Part shown: positions 1 through 7,754 of the stretch, piece by piece | How the letters are laid out: every line of letters begins with the position of its first letter | How positions within the stretch are numbered: position 1 is the first letter of the stretch | Source of the DNA: a virus | Taxonomy: Duplodnaviria > Caudoviricetes | Virus record (IMG/VR): IMGVR_UViG_3300025654_000017 | Coordinates: 1 to 45,523 of that record | Length of the DNA stretch: 45,523 nt | Strand: one strand, 5' to 3' | Position numbers and translations under genes: made by a program | Notes under the pieces: model-generated | What the model saw: the letters and a program-made list of their open reading frames with translations, nothing else | Told to the model about the DNA's origin: nothing | Database searches by the model: none

Positions 1-313
1 GTGAGTGCTTCGCTGCCTGTTACTTCGCCAATGTGTGTAGCATTGGTAACCTTGGCGTTGTTAGCTGTGACATCCGTCTGTAGCTGTGATCCAGCAAGCC
101 CCAAGGGTGTCACCATGTGAGTGTCCAGAGTGCCTGTGTTAATCTCGGTAGGTGTGGCAACCTCGGCAATGCCAGCCGTTGTCTGGTTTGCTTGAACCTC
201 GTCACCTGTGTTAGATCCCGTGATCGAGTCAAGCTTGGTCTTGTCTCCGTTGACGAATGCGCCTTCGGATGGTTTGAGTTGGTAGGTAGATAGGTCTTGG
301 TCGCCCGTGTTAG
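1..313. repeat. Copy 1 of a 313-bp direct repeat (copy 2 at 39373-39685)
   Basis: Manual alignment: identical except at positions 128 (g/a) and 227 (a/c); diverged homology continues to about 460. Confidence 0.95.
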
Positions 314-1364
314 CTCCAGAGGACGTTCCAGTAAAGTTGTTTGCTGTGAGGTTGCCAGTGTCGTCAATGCTTGCTCCGCTGTTCTGGATAGCCTTGCCTG
401 TTGTGCCGTTAAATCTTGCTATGGCATTGTCTGTAGAGCTTGCGTCACCCACTACGTCACCTGTGCCAGCAATAGCGTCCCAGACTGCTGTAGTGCCATT
501 AGACTTGAGGACAAGCCCATTAGCTCCGATTGGTAGCTTGGCTGCCGTGTCTGCTCCTGTGCCTACCACGAGGTCGCCAGCAGCGTCAAAGATTGCGTCA
601 GTGGATACGTTCCCAAAATCGCCAGCCTCCCAGATTTGGTCTGTATCGTTCCAGATGATTGTCTGTCCGTCTGTAGCTCCAGTGCCTAGTAGGTCGGTTA
701 GCTCATGCTTGTGTGCTAATACCGTTCCGCTTGTGCTTGAGATTGTGCGTGTGTATCCAGTTCCAGAAAGAGAAGTGCCACCCAAAATAGGTGACGAGTT
801 CATCATGCGCTGCATGAGATTATGCTCCCTGCTGCCGTCTGCCTTGGTGTCGTTGTGGATTGCCTTGGCTAAGGCGAAGTTATACTGCTTGTCCAGCATG
901 ATAGCCAGCTCAGTATCCCCCGTGAGTCTTCCACAGGTGATGCTCGCAAGCTTAAATGCAAGTGCCTCCACGAATGAAGGCGAAAAGAAAGTGGTGTCGA
1001 TGATCTTGGCAACGTATGTAATCGTTATTGTGTCATCGTTTGTAAGGAGAGATCTTCCCTCCAGTGTGAATGATTTTGATGATGCCTCTACGTCCTCGCC
1101 ATTGACATCCTTCAGGCGGATACAGTCACTTGGTAGTGCATATTGGTGATCCCATCCGAATGGTGGGTCTTCACCTAGCTGACTCAGGGTGACCCGCTTA
1201 CCCGCAAAGTTCCAGCGGTGTTCCTCTAATAACAATTCTATCGCATGATCGTATTGATCATTCATCACCACAGCGACAGGGTCGGTGTTGGATTCGATGT
1301 TGGTGATGCGTCCCTCTCTGAATTTGGCGAGAGCTATGTTGGCGATATCTGTTTTAGTGGGCAT
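1..1364 (-). CDS. Head-tail adaptor (tail tubular protein A, T7 gp11-like) fused to a long fibre shaft; runs off the window edge
   Basis: Not in the ORF track. My translation from ATG 1364 is open to base 1: MPTKTDIANIALAKFREGRITNIES...EHRWNFAGKRVTL...FGWDHQYALPSDCIRL...FSPSFVEALAFKLA (adaptor motifs), then G/T/D/N-rich fibre sequence. Lies directly after capsid and cement genes. Confidence 0.85.
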   Translation of the reverse strand, partial: MPTKTDIANIALAKFREGRITNIESNTDPVAVVMNDQYDHAIELLLEEHRWNFAGKRVTLSQLGEDPPFGWDHQYALPSDCIRLKDVNGEDVEASSKSFTLEGRSLLTNDDTITITYVAKIIDTTFFSPSFVEALAFKLASITCGRLTGDTELAIMLDKQYNFALAKAIHNDTKADGSREHNLMQRMMNSSPILGGTSLSGTGYTRTISSTSGTVLAHKHELTDLLGTGATDGQTIIWNDTDQIWEAGDFGNVSTDAIFDAAGDLVVGTGADTAAKLPIGANGLVLKSNGTTAVWDAIAGTGDVVGDASSTDNAIARFNGTTGKAIQNSGASIDDTGNLTANNFTGTSSGANTGDQDLSTYQLKPSEGAFVNGDKTKLDSITGSNTGDEVQANQTTAGIAEVATPTEINTGTLDTHMVTPLGLAGSQLQTDVTANNAKVTNATHIGEVTGSEAL

Positions 1365-1368
1365 AAGT

Positions 1369-1405
1369 AAAAATAGGCGGGAGCAGAAATCAATCTACTC
1401 CCGCC
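1369..1405 (-). terminator. Intrinsic terminator after the capsid/cement genes
   Basis: Minus strand GGCGGGAGTAGA-loop-TCTGCTCCCGCC followed by TATTTTT. Confidence 0.8.
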
Positions 1406-1418
1406 CAGTTAGGGGTGA

Positions 1419-1850
1419 CTAGTTGTAGTCAACGTAGGTAATAACAACGCGAGCTGTCTGATCAGCAGTTGGTGAACCGATAGAGGTGCAGTTGATGACG
1501 ATAAGTTCGTCTCCAGCAGCAACAGTATACAATCCGCCGTCTGCATCAAAGTCAACCTTGCCAGCAGAACTGAGATCCAAAGCTGCGGCAAGAGCGCCGC
1601 CGCCTGTGGTATCAACACCAACGGTGAAGGTTGTTCCTAGAGCTTCAGTAACGATGTAGGACTCAGCGAGGTTGATAAGCGCACCAGTAGGTAGCGTTAC
1701 AACTTCGATTACGTCACTCGTTGCTTCAGTTCCAGCTACGGTGATGGTAGCGTTACACTGACGAACCTTACCAGCAAGGAGACGACCGTCTACACGGTTG
1801 TCGCCATTTTGGGTCTGGGTCGTTGCGAGGTTTGATTTAAATGTAGCCAT
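1419..1850 (-). CDS. Putative capsid cement/decoration protein
   Basis: 143 aa, beta-rich, directly downstream of the capsid gene and before the terminator. Confidence 0.6.
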   Translation of the reverse strand: MATFKSNLATTQTQNGDNRVDGRLLAGKVRQCNATITVAGTEATSDVIEVVTLPTGALINLAESYIVTEALGTTFTVGVDTTGGGALAAALDLSSAGKVDFDADGGLYTVAAGDELIVINCTSIGSPTADQTARVVITYVDYN

Positions 1851-1890
1851 AATATTTTATATTCTATATTTGTAGGTTAATAATCTGCGA

Positions 1891-2811
1891 TTAAGGGCGG
1901 TCAACATTGATCTGGATAACACCTTCGTCATCGAGGCGAGTTCCACCCCATGCCCACTCAGAACGAATCTGTGTGTCGTGGCGCTTTGTTGGAAGCACGT
2001 CTACAAATGTCTCAGGCTCAGCGGCGTAACCGAATGCAACACAATCTTTAGCGAATGCGTAGCAGCCACGAGTTGCGGAAGCAACAGGAAGCAGGGTCGC
2101 GTCAACGGCGATAATGGTGAATCCAAATGCATCAACGATAGAGCCAGACTGAGCTTCTTCAAGCTTAGCACGGTAATCGCGGTTGATGAACTTGTCGTCA
2201 TGAAGAAGGTCTTCGACCTCATCGTGGGTGATAACCATGCCGAGTGGGCTTGAGCCTTCAACGTTTTGACCAGCTACGTTCTTGCTGCCGAGGCGAGCGC
2301 GAGCGTTAACGATCTTGTCGTAGGTAAGTCCTTCGTCAGTGGTAGTGCCGTCGTAGTTGTAGTTCTTAGCAATAGCGTTAGCAGAATCGAAAACAACTTC
2401 AGTTGTTCCGTTTTTGCCTTCGTAAGCAGAACCGCCAAGCATAGCGATAATAGCAGCGTCACGATCACGACCAGCAGCAGCCATGTGGCTCTTGATGATA
2501 GCGTTGTGAGGAGAATCAATCTCACCGAGGCGAATTGAATCAACCTTGGATACGAAGTTCTCAACGGTGCGGAAGTCAACATACAGGCTACGCATTTCAG
2601 TAGTAACGTCCTGTGGAGCTGAATCGACGAAGCGACCAGTCATTGGAGTTGATTCTACCTTGCCTAGCTTGTTGAAGCGGCGGGAATCACCTTGAACCGC
2701 GTATGTAGGAACGAGTCCTTGCAGGCGGGAAGTGAGTTGTTGGAGTTCGAGCTTCCATTCGTCTTGGTAAAGACTTGGGAAATGCTCAGGAACTGTGGAT
2801 GTAAATGCCAT
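1891..2811 (-). CDS. Major capsid protein (podovirus, HK97 fold)
   Basis: 306 aa; LQQLTSRL, AAAGRDRDAAII and C-terminal GGTRLDDEGVIQI motifs resemble BPP-1-like podovirus capsids; synteny. Confidence 0.85.
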   Translation of the reverse strand: MAFTSTVPEHFPSLYQDEWKLELQQLTSRLQGLVPTYAVQGDSRRFNKLGKVESTPMTGRFVDSAPQDVTTEMRSLYVDFRTVENFVSKVDSIRLGEIDSPHNAIIKSHMAAAGRDRDAAIIAMLGGSAYEGKNGTTEVVFDSANAIAKNYNYDGTTTDEGLTYDKIVNARARLGSKNVAGQNVEGSSPLGMVITHDEVEDLLHDDKFINRDYRAKLEEAQSGSIVDAFGFTIIAVDATLLPVASATRGCYAFAKDCVAFGYAAEPETFVDVLPTKRHDTQIRSEWAWGGTRLDDEGVIQINVDRP

Positions 2812-2992
2812 AATTTTAGTTTAATTTAGTTTTAATAATAATTGGTTTAGGTTTTGCACCGTGATTGCAGGAGTATCGCCAAGTTTTGACGGTCGCTATC
2901 AGGGTAATGAAAGCGTTCTCTTTGCAGGGTGCGTCCAAGTATTATCCTTTAAATAAAACTGTGTCAGCAGTGTCCTCCGTGTGAACGCCCAA

Positions 2993-3021
2993 GTCATAAC
3001 ACATTGTGCATACAAAGTCAA
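2993..3021 (-). promoter_or_regulatory. Sigma70-like promoter for the capsid operon
   Basis: TTGACT-17 bp-TATGAC with TG extension. Confidence 0.55.
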
Positions 3022-3058
3022 TACCAGACAAAAAAGTGAGATTAATATCATTTAGATG

Positions 3059-3087
3059 TAGACAAATGGAAAAAGCTGTGGCATTAT
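3059..3087 (+). promoter_or_regulatory. Divergent sigma70-like promoter
   Basis: TAGACA-17 bp-CATTAT with TG extension. Confidence 0.4.
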
Positions 3088-3154
3088 TAGGTCGTAGTCG
3101 AGAAGGGCTTACAAGGATCTCTTTAGTATTGTATCGTTTGTTATTCATACGTTG

Positions 3155-3196
3155 TCCCCAGTAAGTGCTTCTCCACTTACTGGGGATTTTCGTTTT
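3155..3196 (+). terminator. Intrinsic terminator
   Basis: Perfect 13-bp stem TCCCCAGTAAGTG/CACTTACTGGGGA followed by TTTTCGTTTT. Confidence 0.8.
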
Positions 3197-3241
3197 CCCC
3201 CTGTTCAATCAGTAGCCTACAGCAAAAGGGCTTCTACCAGA

Positions 3242-3412
3242 CAGATACTAGACCACGCTTAAACGTAGTGGGATCGGGGTATCGAACATCGGTCTCAAAC
3301 CTTGAACACAAGCGGGTTTGAATAATTGGAAAGGTAGTAGAGTGTCACAGCACCAACCGAGCTTATATACTATCTGAGGTGAACACCTAATGCCTAGCAA
3401 TAGGCGAGGTGT
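3242..3412 (+). ncRNA. Candidate structured RNA or leader upstream of the SNase gene
   Basis: Nested helices seen by eye: CAGATA/TATCTG, TCGGT/ACCGA, TCAAACC/GGTTTGA, plus a GCAA-tetraloop hairpin. Confidence 0.35.
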
Positions 3413-3441
3413 ATCAAAAATCAAACCATAGAAATAATTCA

Positions 3442-3774
3442 ATGAAACATAAACCATACTGCTACAAAGCCAAATGCGTCTCCGTGTATGATGGAGATAC
3501 CGTAACCCTCGATATTTCACTGGGCTTCGGCGTAACCATGCGGGAGAAGATAAGATTGTTAGGTATTAACACGCCAGAGGTAAGGGGCAAGGAGAAGTTG
3601 GATGGGCTGATATCTCGTGACAGGCTCAGAGAGCTAATTAACGGCAAGGATATCATCATCGCCACTCACAAGGATAAGGGCGGGAAGTATGGTAGGCTAC
3701 TGGCAACCATCTACCTTGATGGTGTTGACATAAACCAGCAGCTCATTGACGAGGGTTTGGCTAAGCCATATTGA
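3442..3774 (+). CDS. Thermonuclease (SNase-like) family nuclease
   Basis: VYDGDT, IRLLGINTPE and KYGRLLA motifs; probable start ATG 3442. Confidence 0.9.
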   Translation: MKHKPYCYKAKCVSVYDGDTVTLDISLGFGVTMREKIRLLGINTPEVRGKEKLDGLISRDRLRELINGKDIIIATHKDKGGKYGRLLATIYLDGVDINQQLIDEGLAKPY

Positions 3775-3775
3775 G

Positions 3776-4101
3776 TTACCTAATCCACTTATTCCTTGGC
3801 TTATCTTCAGACCAGTTGTAGTAGCCCCAAGACTTGTAAAGCTCTTCTGTTGTCTCAAAGACCTCGCTGTCTTCTGTGCTTGGAGGATCTTTAGCCCCGT
3901 CATAGTAGCCATTTGACCCATCATTCAGGTCACTTGACCCATCATTCAGGTCACTTGACTCAGTGTTTGGCTCTTTTTGTGTTTTTTTCTCGCCAAAGAT
4001 ACGATCCCAACCATTTCGGTAGGTCTCATTACTGGCTTTGGTGATCATGTGATCCCCCGTAATCGGGTTCTGATTGCTTGATGGTATAAGTTCCTTGTCC
4101 A
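3776..4101 (-). CDS. Hypothetical protein
   Basis: ORF with a NPITGD...YRNGWDRIFG motif and an acidic tail; start uncertain. Confidence 0.55.
3913..3959. repeat. 21-bp tandem repeat, about 2.2 copies
   Basis: TTGACCCATCATTCAGGTCAC twice; encodes SSDLNDG twice. Confidence 0.9.
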
Positions 4102-4158
4102 TAATAAGGGTGGACAGCCAGCGCAACACAACAAGCGCTGACTGCCCTTCACTAGTGA

Positions 4159-5136
4159 TTATCTTTTGGTCTGATACTCCATCTTGCGGAGTTCGGAGTA
4201 AGCTTTCTGCATCTCGGGCGGAGCTAGGTGAACCTGACCGTTATGCTTCTGGTAAATAGCGTCTGCTCTAGCCTTGGCGCTTTCATTAGCTGATGCTGAT
4301 GGCTGACCATTGCGAGGCATTGTTCCTTCTTGCATACCTTGAGCCTTAGCTAAGAGCATGTTCATGACCTTTGGGTTACGGACTGCTGCCATATCAGCTT
4401 CATTATCCATGTCGAATCCCACCACCTCTGCCATATCAACAGCAGATTGGATGTTTCTGTCATACTCACGACCCCATTGCTTCTGAAGTGCTGCCTGTTG
4501 CTCGCCCATTACTAACTCAGCTTGGTTTGCCAGCATCTCAGCGCCTTCAGAGTGTTGCTTAGCAGTGATGTCGCTATAAGCTTGTGATAGCTTCAGCGCC
4601 TGCTCTTGGTTGAGTCCAGCCTCGTGGAACACGCCGCCCCATTGCTCTGCCAAGTTGTCATTCCAGTCAAGACCTTCAGGAAGGTTCTCGAGGCGCAGAT
4701 CATACTCGGTCGCGCTCTCAGGCACGCCAATGGCACGCTGAAACTCGGCAACCTCCTCGGGTGAGGACGCTTCATTGGGGACGATAACGCCCTCAACCTT
4801 CTTGCCTGCAAAGTTTACTAGGTTAGCTGCACCCTTGAGTAGTCCGTCAGCAGACTTATACTTCTGAACAGTGCCAGTAAGGCTCTCCATACCAGCACTT
4901 TTAAGCAGGTCGGTATAGTTTTCCGATAATCCGCCCTCACTTGTGTAGAGCTGATTGATGATACTACCCTCTGCTTGGCTCGTAGAAGCCTCTGGAGAGC
5001 TTTGAACAGTCTCACTGGGTGTCGATCCACCATAGATGTCCGTAGACGCTGTGGTGGACGCAGGAGCTGTGCTTGTGTCTGCTGATGGGCTGGATTCTAC
5101 CGCGCCACTATCAGTCGATGCTGTTGTTTCTGTCAT
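4159..5136 (-). CDS. Capsid scaffolding protein
   Basis: 325 aa; low-complexity N-terminus, IGVPESATEY and LQKQWGREYDRNI motifs; between portal and capsid. Confidence 0.75.
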   Translation of the reverse strand: MTETTASTDSGAVESSPSADTSTAPASTTASTDIYGGSTPSETVQSSPEASTSQAEGSIINQLYTSEGGLSENYTDLLKSAGMESLTGTVQKYKSADGLLKGAANLVNFAGKKVEGVIVPNEASSPEEVAEFQRAIGVPESATEYDLRLENLPEGLDWNDNLAEQWGGVFHEAGLNQEQALKLSQAYSDITAKQHSEGAEMLANQAELVMGEQQAALQKQWGREYDRNIQSAVDMAEVVGFDMDNEADMAAVRNPKVMNMLLAKAQGMQEGTMPRNGQPSASANESAKARADAIYQKHNGQVHLAPPEMQKAYSELRKMEYQTKR

Positions 5137-5530
5137 AAATCAAGTTGTGTTTGTCGTAAACCTCTGTTAGATGCGCTTCACGGTGTCCGTATTTGGCATC
5201 AAAATCCTCCTTAGACCAGTATTTCTTGCGCCACTCCACCACTGGCGGGTTGGATTCGCCATACCATGCACCCTCACCCTCGCTGAATAGCGACTTTGGG
5301 CAGTCAGTTCCATGCTCAGGGACGCGATCATACTCAGGGACTGGCACTGCAATAGGCTCGGGAGCAATGTCTGCAGCTACCTCTGCCATGAGGTCTACAA
5401 TCTCATCAGCGTGCTTCTTGTAGGAATAGTGCTTAAACTTAATGTCACCATCCTTAACGGTGGCGATTAGCTTCTTTCCACGATAGACTGTTCCATCGTC
5501 CTCTAGTGTGATTACAAGTTTCTTACTCAT
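5111..5530 (-). CDS. Hypothetical protein
   Basis: ORF tightly packed in the head operon. Confidence 0.6.
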   Translation of the reverse strand: MSKKLVITLEDDGTVYRGKKLIATVKDGDIKFKHYSYKKHADEIVDLMAEVAADIAPEPIAVPVPEYDRVPEHGTDCPKSLFSEGEGAWYGESNPPVVEWRKKYWSKEDFDAKYGHREAHLTEVYDKHNLIYDRNNSID

Positions 5531-5759
5531 TGGGGTCAAATGTCTGTTGTTGTTTAAGCTTAAAAAGCAGACCTACTACTCCACGCTCGCCGTCACGAAT
5601 GGCAGCATTGATTGGTGATACCTTACCGTGGTGATCAAGTAGGAATGAACGCTCCATTAGACCGTATTCCTTAACCAGAAACGCAACTAGCGTCTCTCCA
5701 TCTTTTGTGTTTAGGCATGATGCGGCTGCATCTGCTACCTCTTTTGTGATTTTTCTCAT
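5523..5759 (-). CDS. Bbp19-like small head-assembly protein
   Basis: 78 aa following the portal; AAIRDGERGVV motif. Confidence 0.6.
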   Translation of the reverse strand: MRKITKEVADAAASCLNTKDGETLVAFLVKEYGLMERSFLLDHHGKVSPINAAIRDGERGVVGLLFKLKQQQTFDPNE

Positions 5760-7402
5760 CCTTGTAGTGCAGCAGATAGTTCCTCGGGGATTTCACCGCC
5801 ATTAGCGGCGCTTGCATCCTTAACCATTGAGGCAGCCTGTTGAGCCTGTTCCATCTGTTGCTGTTGTGCTTGTTGCTCTGCTCGAGCCTGTCGTGTTTCC
5901 TCTACCTCTTCTTGTGGTCGAAGTGAATCCTCTGGGAGTCCAGCATTACGCCATCCATCCCTAAATTGTGTATCCCCGTCAAGGTTATCAAGGATAGCTG
6001 GGTTCATCTCGATACCCATCTGATTGATTGCCATAAACTCGGAGTATGCGCTATTTTGTTGTGACTTAATAGCTAGTGAGATTCTGTTGTTGTAAGCGAT
6101 GTTTGGCACGGGGACAACCACGTTACGGTCTTGTGTGACCATCTGGATCTCCTCGGGCGCTTGTGGCATCTTACCTTGCCTCCACAGGATGCTAAAGATT
6201 CTGCGCAGCTTGGGGTCTAGATACTCACTTGTGAGCCTTGAGAACGTAGGAGAGAACTGCATTACCTTCTCAGCTTGACGTAGTGACGCTTCAGTAGCTG
6301 TCATCTGACGCTCAATCTGGGCAAAGAGTCTGAACAGGTCACCATGCATGATCTCCATGATTGCCTTCTTCTTCTGCTCGATACGGTCTTGACCTACATC
6401 GTAACGTCCAGATGTCTGCCATTCACGAGGCGCTCTGTTTGGGTCAAGGTCGTTAACGTAGGTGATATCCAATGCTCCTACTCCGATCTCGCCTTCAAGG
6501 CTGGATGGTGCAAGGATTGGTGGGTTTGCCGCCTTCTCAGCTAGGACATCCATTTGTTTCTGAAGGAATGAAAGCTTGTGTGCCTCTGGTAGTGCTACCC
6601 ATGTAGGTGCATAGCCGTAAGGACTGTTTCCCCACTTGAGGTATCGCGTAACGTGTGCTGGCATCTCGTAATACCCTTGAGCATGAACGACTTGCTTGCT
6701 GTCCTGATGCACGCACGTCATCTCGTACGGGAAGTTTGATGGTGTCTCCCACTCGCGGTTCTTATCTACGCAGATGATGAATACATGTGACCCATTCTGC
6801 TTGGGATCACGAGCCTCTCTCTGAAGCTTCTCGGGTAGCGAATCAATACCAAACTCTGTAGCAGCCTGCTGAGCTGTATAGTTGGACTCATAGACCACTG
6901 CGTCAACACGTCCTCGGTGGTCTTGACCGATATAGTATGTGCCAATCGGTAAATGGCGAAAGTTTAGCTCATCGTTCTCAGTATCCCACTCACTGAAGTC
7001 CAGACCTGTTCCCATCGACGAGCGGTCAAGGTAGACCTCTTGGATCTCGGTGTAGAAGTTTGATTGCTCAAGGCGGTATGTGATCTCCTCAGAGCATTCC
7101 CTGTAGAACTTGGTCACCTTGTCGTTGTCCCTGAGAGCCTTTGGCGGGGTCAGGTTGTGCCATACCTCCTCACGAGGGGTCACGAGAGAGCAGAATCCGT
7201 TAGCGAGCATCAGTGATGCAGTCCTCAGCGTGCTGTCATGCAGTTGAGCGCTGTCAATCATGGGCGGTAAAGCCCCATCACCACCCACAGAGGTAATCTT
7301 GCGAGGCATAGATAGCTCAGCTACCTCGTCCCACAGTTGTTCATGCGGTGTGCGGTAACGCCTTAGTGCGTCACGCTTGGCGATAACGGTTTCGCCTGTC
7401 AT
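5756..7402 (-). CDS. Portal / head-to-tail connector (BPP-1/T7-like)
   Basis: 548 aa; SNFYTEIQEVYLD..MGTG, YGYAP and MTATE motifs; Q-rich C-terminal barrel. Confidence 0.9.
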   Translation of the reverse strand: MTGETVIAKRDALRRYRTPHEQLWDEVAELSMPRKITSVGGDGALPPMIDSAQLHDSTLRTASLMLANGFCSLVTPREEVWHNLTPPKALRDNDKVTKFYRECSEEITYRLEQSNFYTEIQEVYLDRSSMGTGLDFSEWDTENDELNFRHLPIGTYYIGQDHRGRVDAVVYESNYTAQQAATEFGIDSLPEKLQREARDPKQNGSHVFIICVDKNREWETPSNFPYEMTCVHQDSKQVVHAQGYYEMPAHVTRYLKWGNSPYGYAPTWVALPEAHKLSFLQKQMDVLAEKAANPPILAPSSLEGEIGVGALDITYVNDLDPNRAPREWQTSGRYDVGQDRIEQKKKAIMEIMHGDLFRLFAQIERQMTATEASLRQAEKVMQFSPTFSRLTSEYLDPKLRRIFSILWRQGKMPQAPEEIQMVTQDRNVVVPVPNIAYNNRISLAIKSQQNSAYSEFMAINQMGIEMNPAILDNLDGDTQFRDGWRNAGLPEDSLRPQEEVEETRQARAEQQAQQQQMEQAQQAASMVKDASAANGGEIPEELSAALQG

Positions 7403-7591
7403 TTAGCCTAGGTTTGTGTTCCCTCCGTAGCCGCCTGTCTCACCCGCAAAGGATGTCTGTGCAGCTTTACGCCTCTTCTTTAGCTCTGCTTCGAAGTTAC
7501 TAGCTTCGTCTTCGTCTTTAGCTTGAAGGTCAACCATCTGTGCTTGTGGTGCTGCTGGTTTCGGTGGTTTTGGTGTTTTTGGTGATCCCAT
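7403..7591 (-). CDS. Small Pro/Lys-rich virion protein
   Basis: MGSPKTPKPPKP...NLG; typical small gene preceding a podovirus portal. Confidence 0.6.
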   Translation of the reverse strand: MGSPKTPKPPKPAAPQAQMVDLQAKDEDEASNFEAELKKRRKAAQTSFAGETGGYGGNTNLG

Positions 7592-7598
7592 ACAGGTG

Positions 7599-7628
7599 TT
7601 CATAACATAATTGCACGCAACTTGTCAA
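7599..7628 (-). promoter_or_regulatory. Sigma70-like promoter, possibly giving a leaderless transcript
   Basis: TTGACA-18 bp-TATGAA; ATG 7 nt downstream. Confidence 0.5.
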
Positions 7629-7754
7629 GCTTAGTGATCACAATGTAAGGACATCATTTCACGAGTTGGTATGTCAATACGTGAAATGTCAGGATAAACC
7701 CCCTAATATTCACGGTTAAGGTCTCTGGTTGGGCGCACGCGCCGACACTCGTGC

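Noticed and set aside
1-313. DGR template/variable repeat pair
   Set aside because: No reverse transcriptase is present, there are only two mismatches, and the repeat lies mid-shaft rather than at a C-terminal variable region.
1-313. Physical terminal repeat or att site
   Set aside because: It lies inside a coding region, has mismatches, and no integrase is present.
307-1149. 280-aa plus-strand ORF, and similar long plus-strand ORFs at 20216-21433 and 37692-40173
   Set aside because: Antisense shadows of the minus-strand fibre genes; no recognisable motifs.
3121-3128. 8-nt complementarity (CTTTAGTA) between the putative sRNA and the replication leader at 14591-14598
   Set aside because: Too short to distinguish from chance.
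2942-3520. Minus-strand ORFs of 88 and 90 aa
   Set aside because: They overlap predicted promoters, hairpins and the SNase gene; atypical composition.
3913-3959. CRISPR-like array
   Set aside because: Contiguous tandem copies with no spacers, inside a coding frame.
7650-7692. Inverted repeat ATTTCACG/CGTGAAAT between terL and the portal operon
   Set aside because: The repeat is real but short, lacks a U-tract, and no function can be supported.
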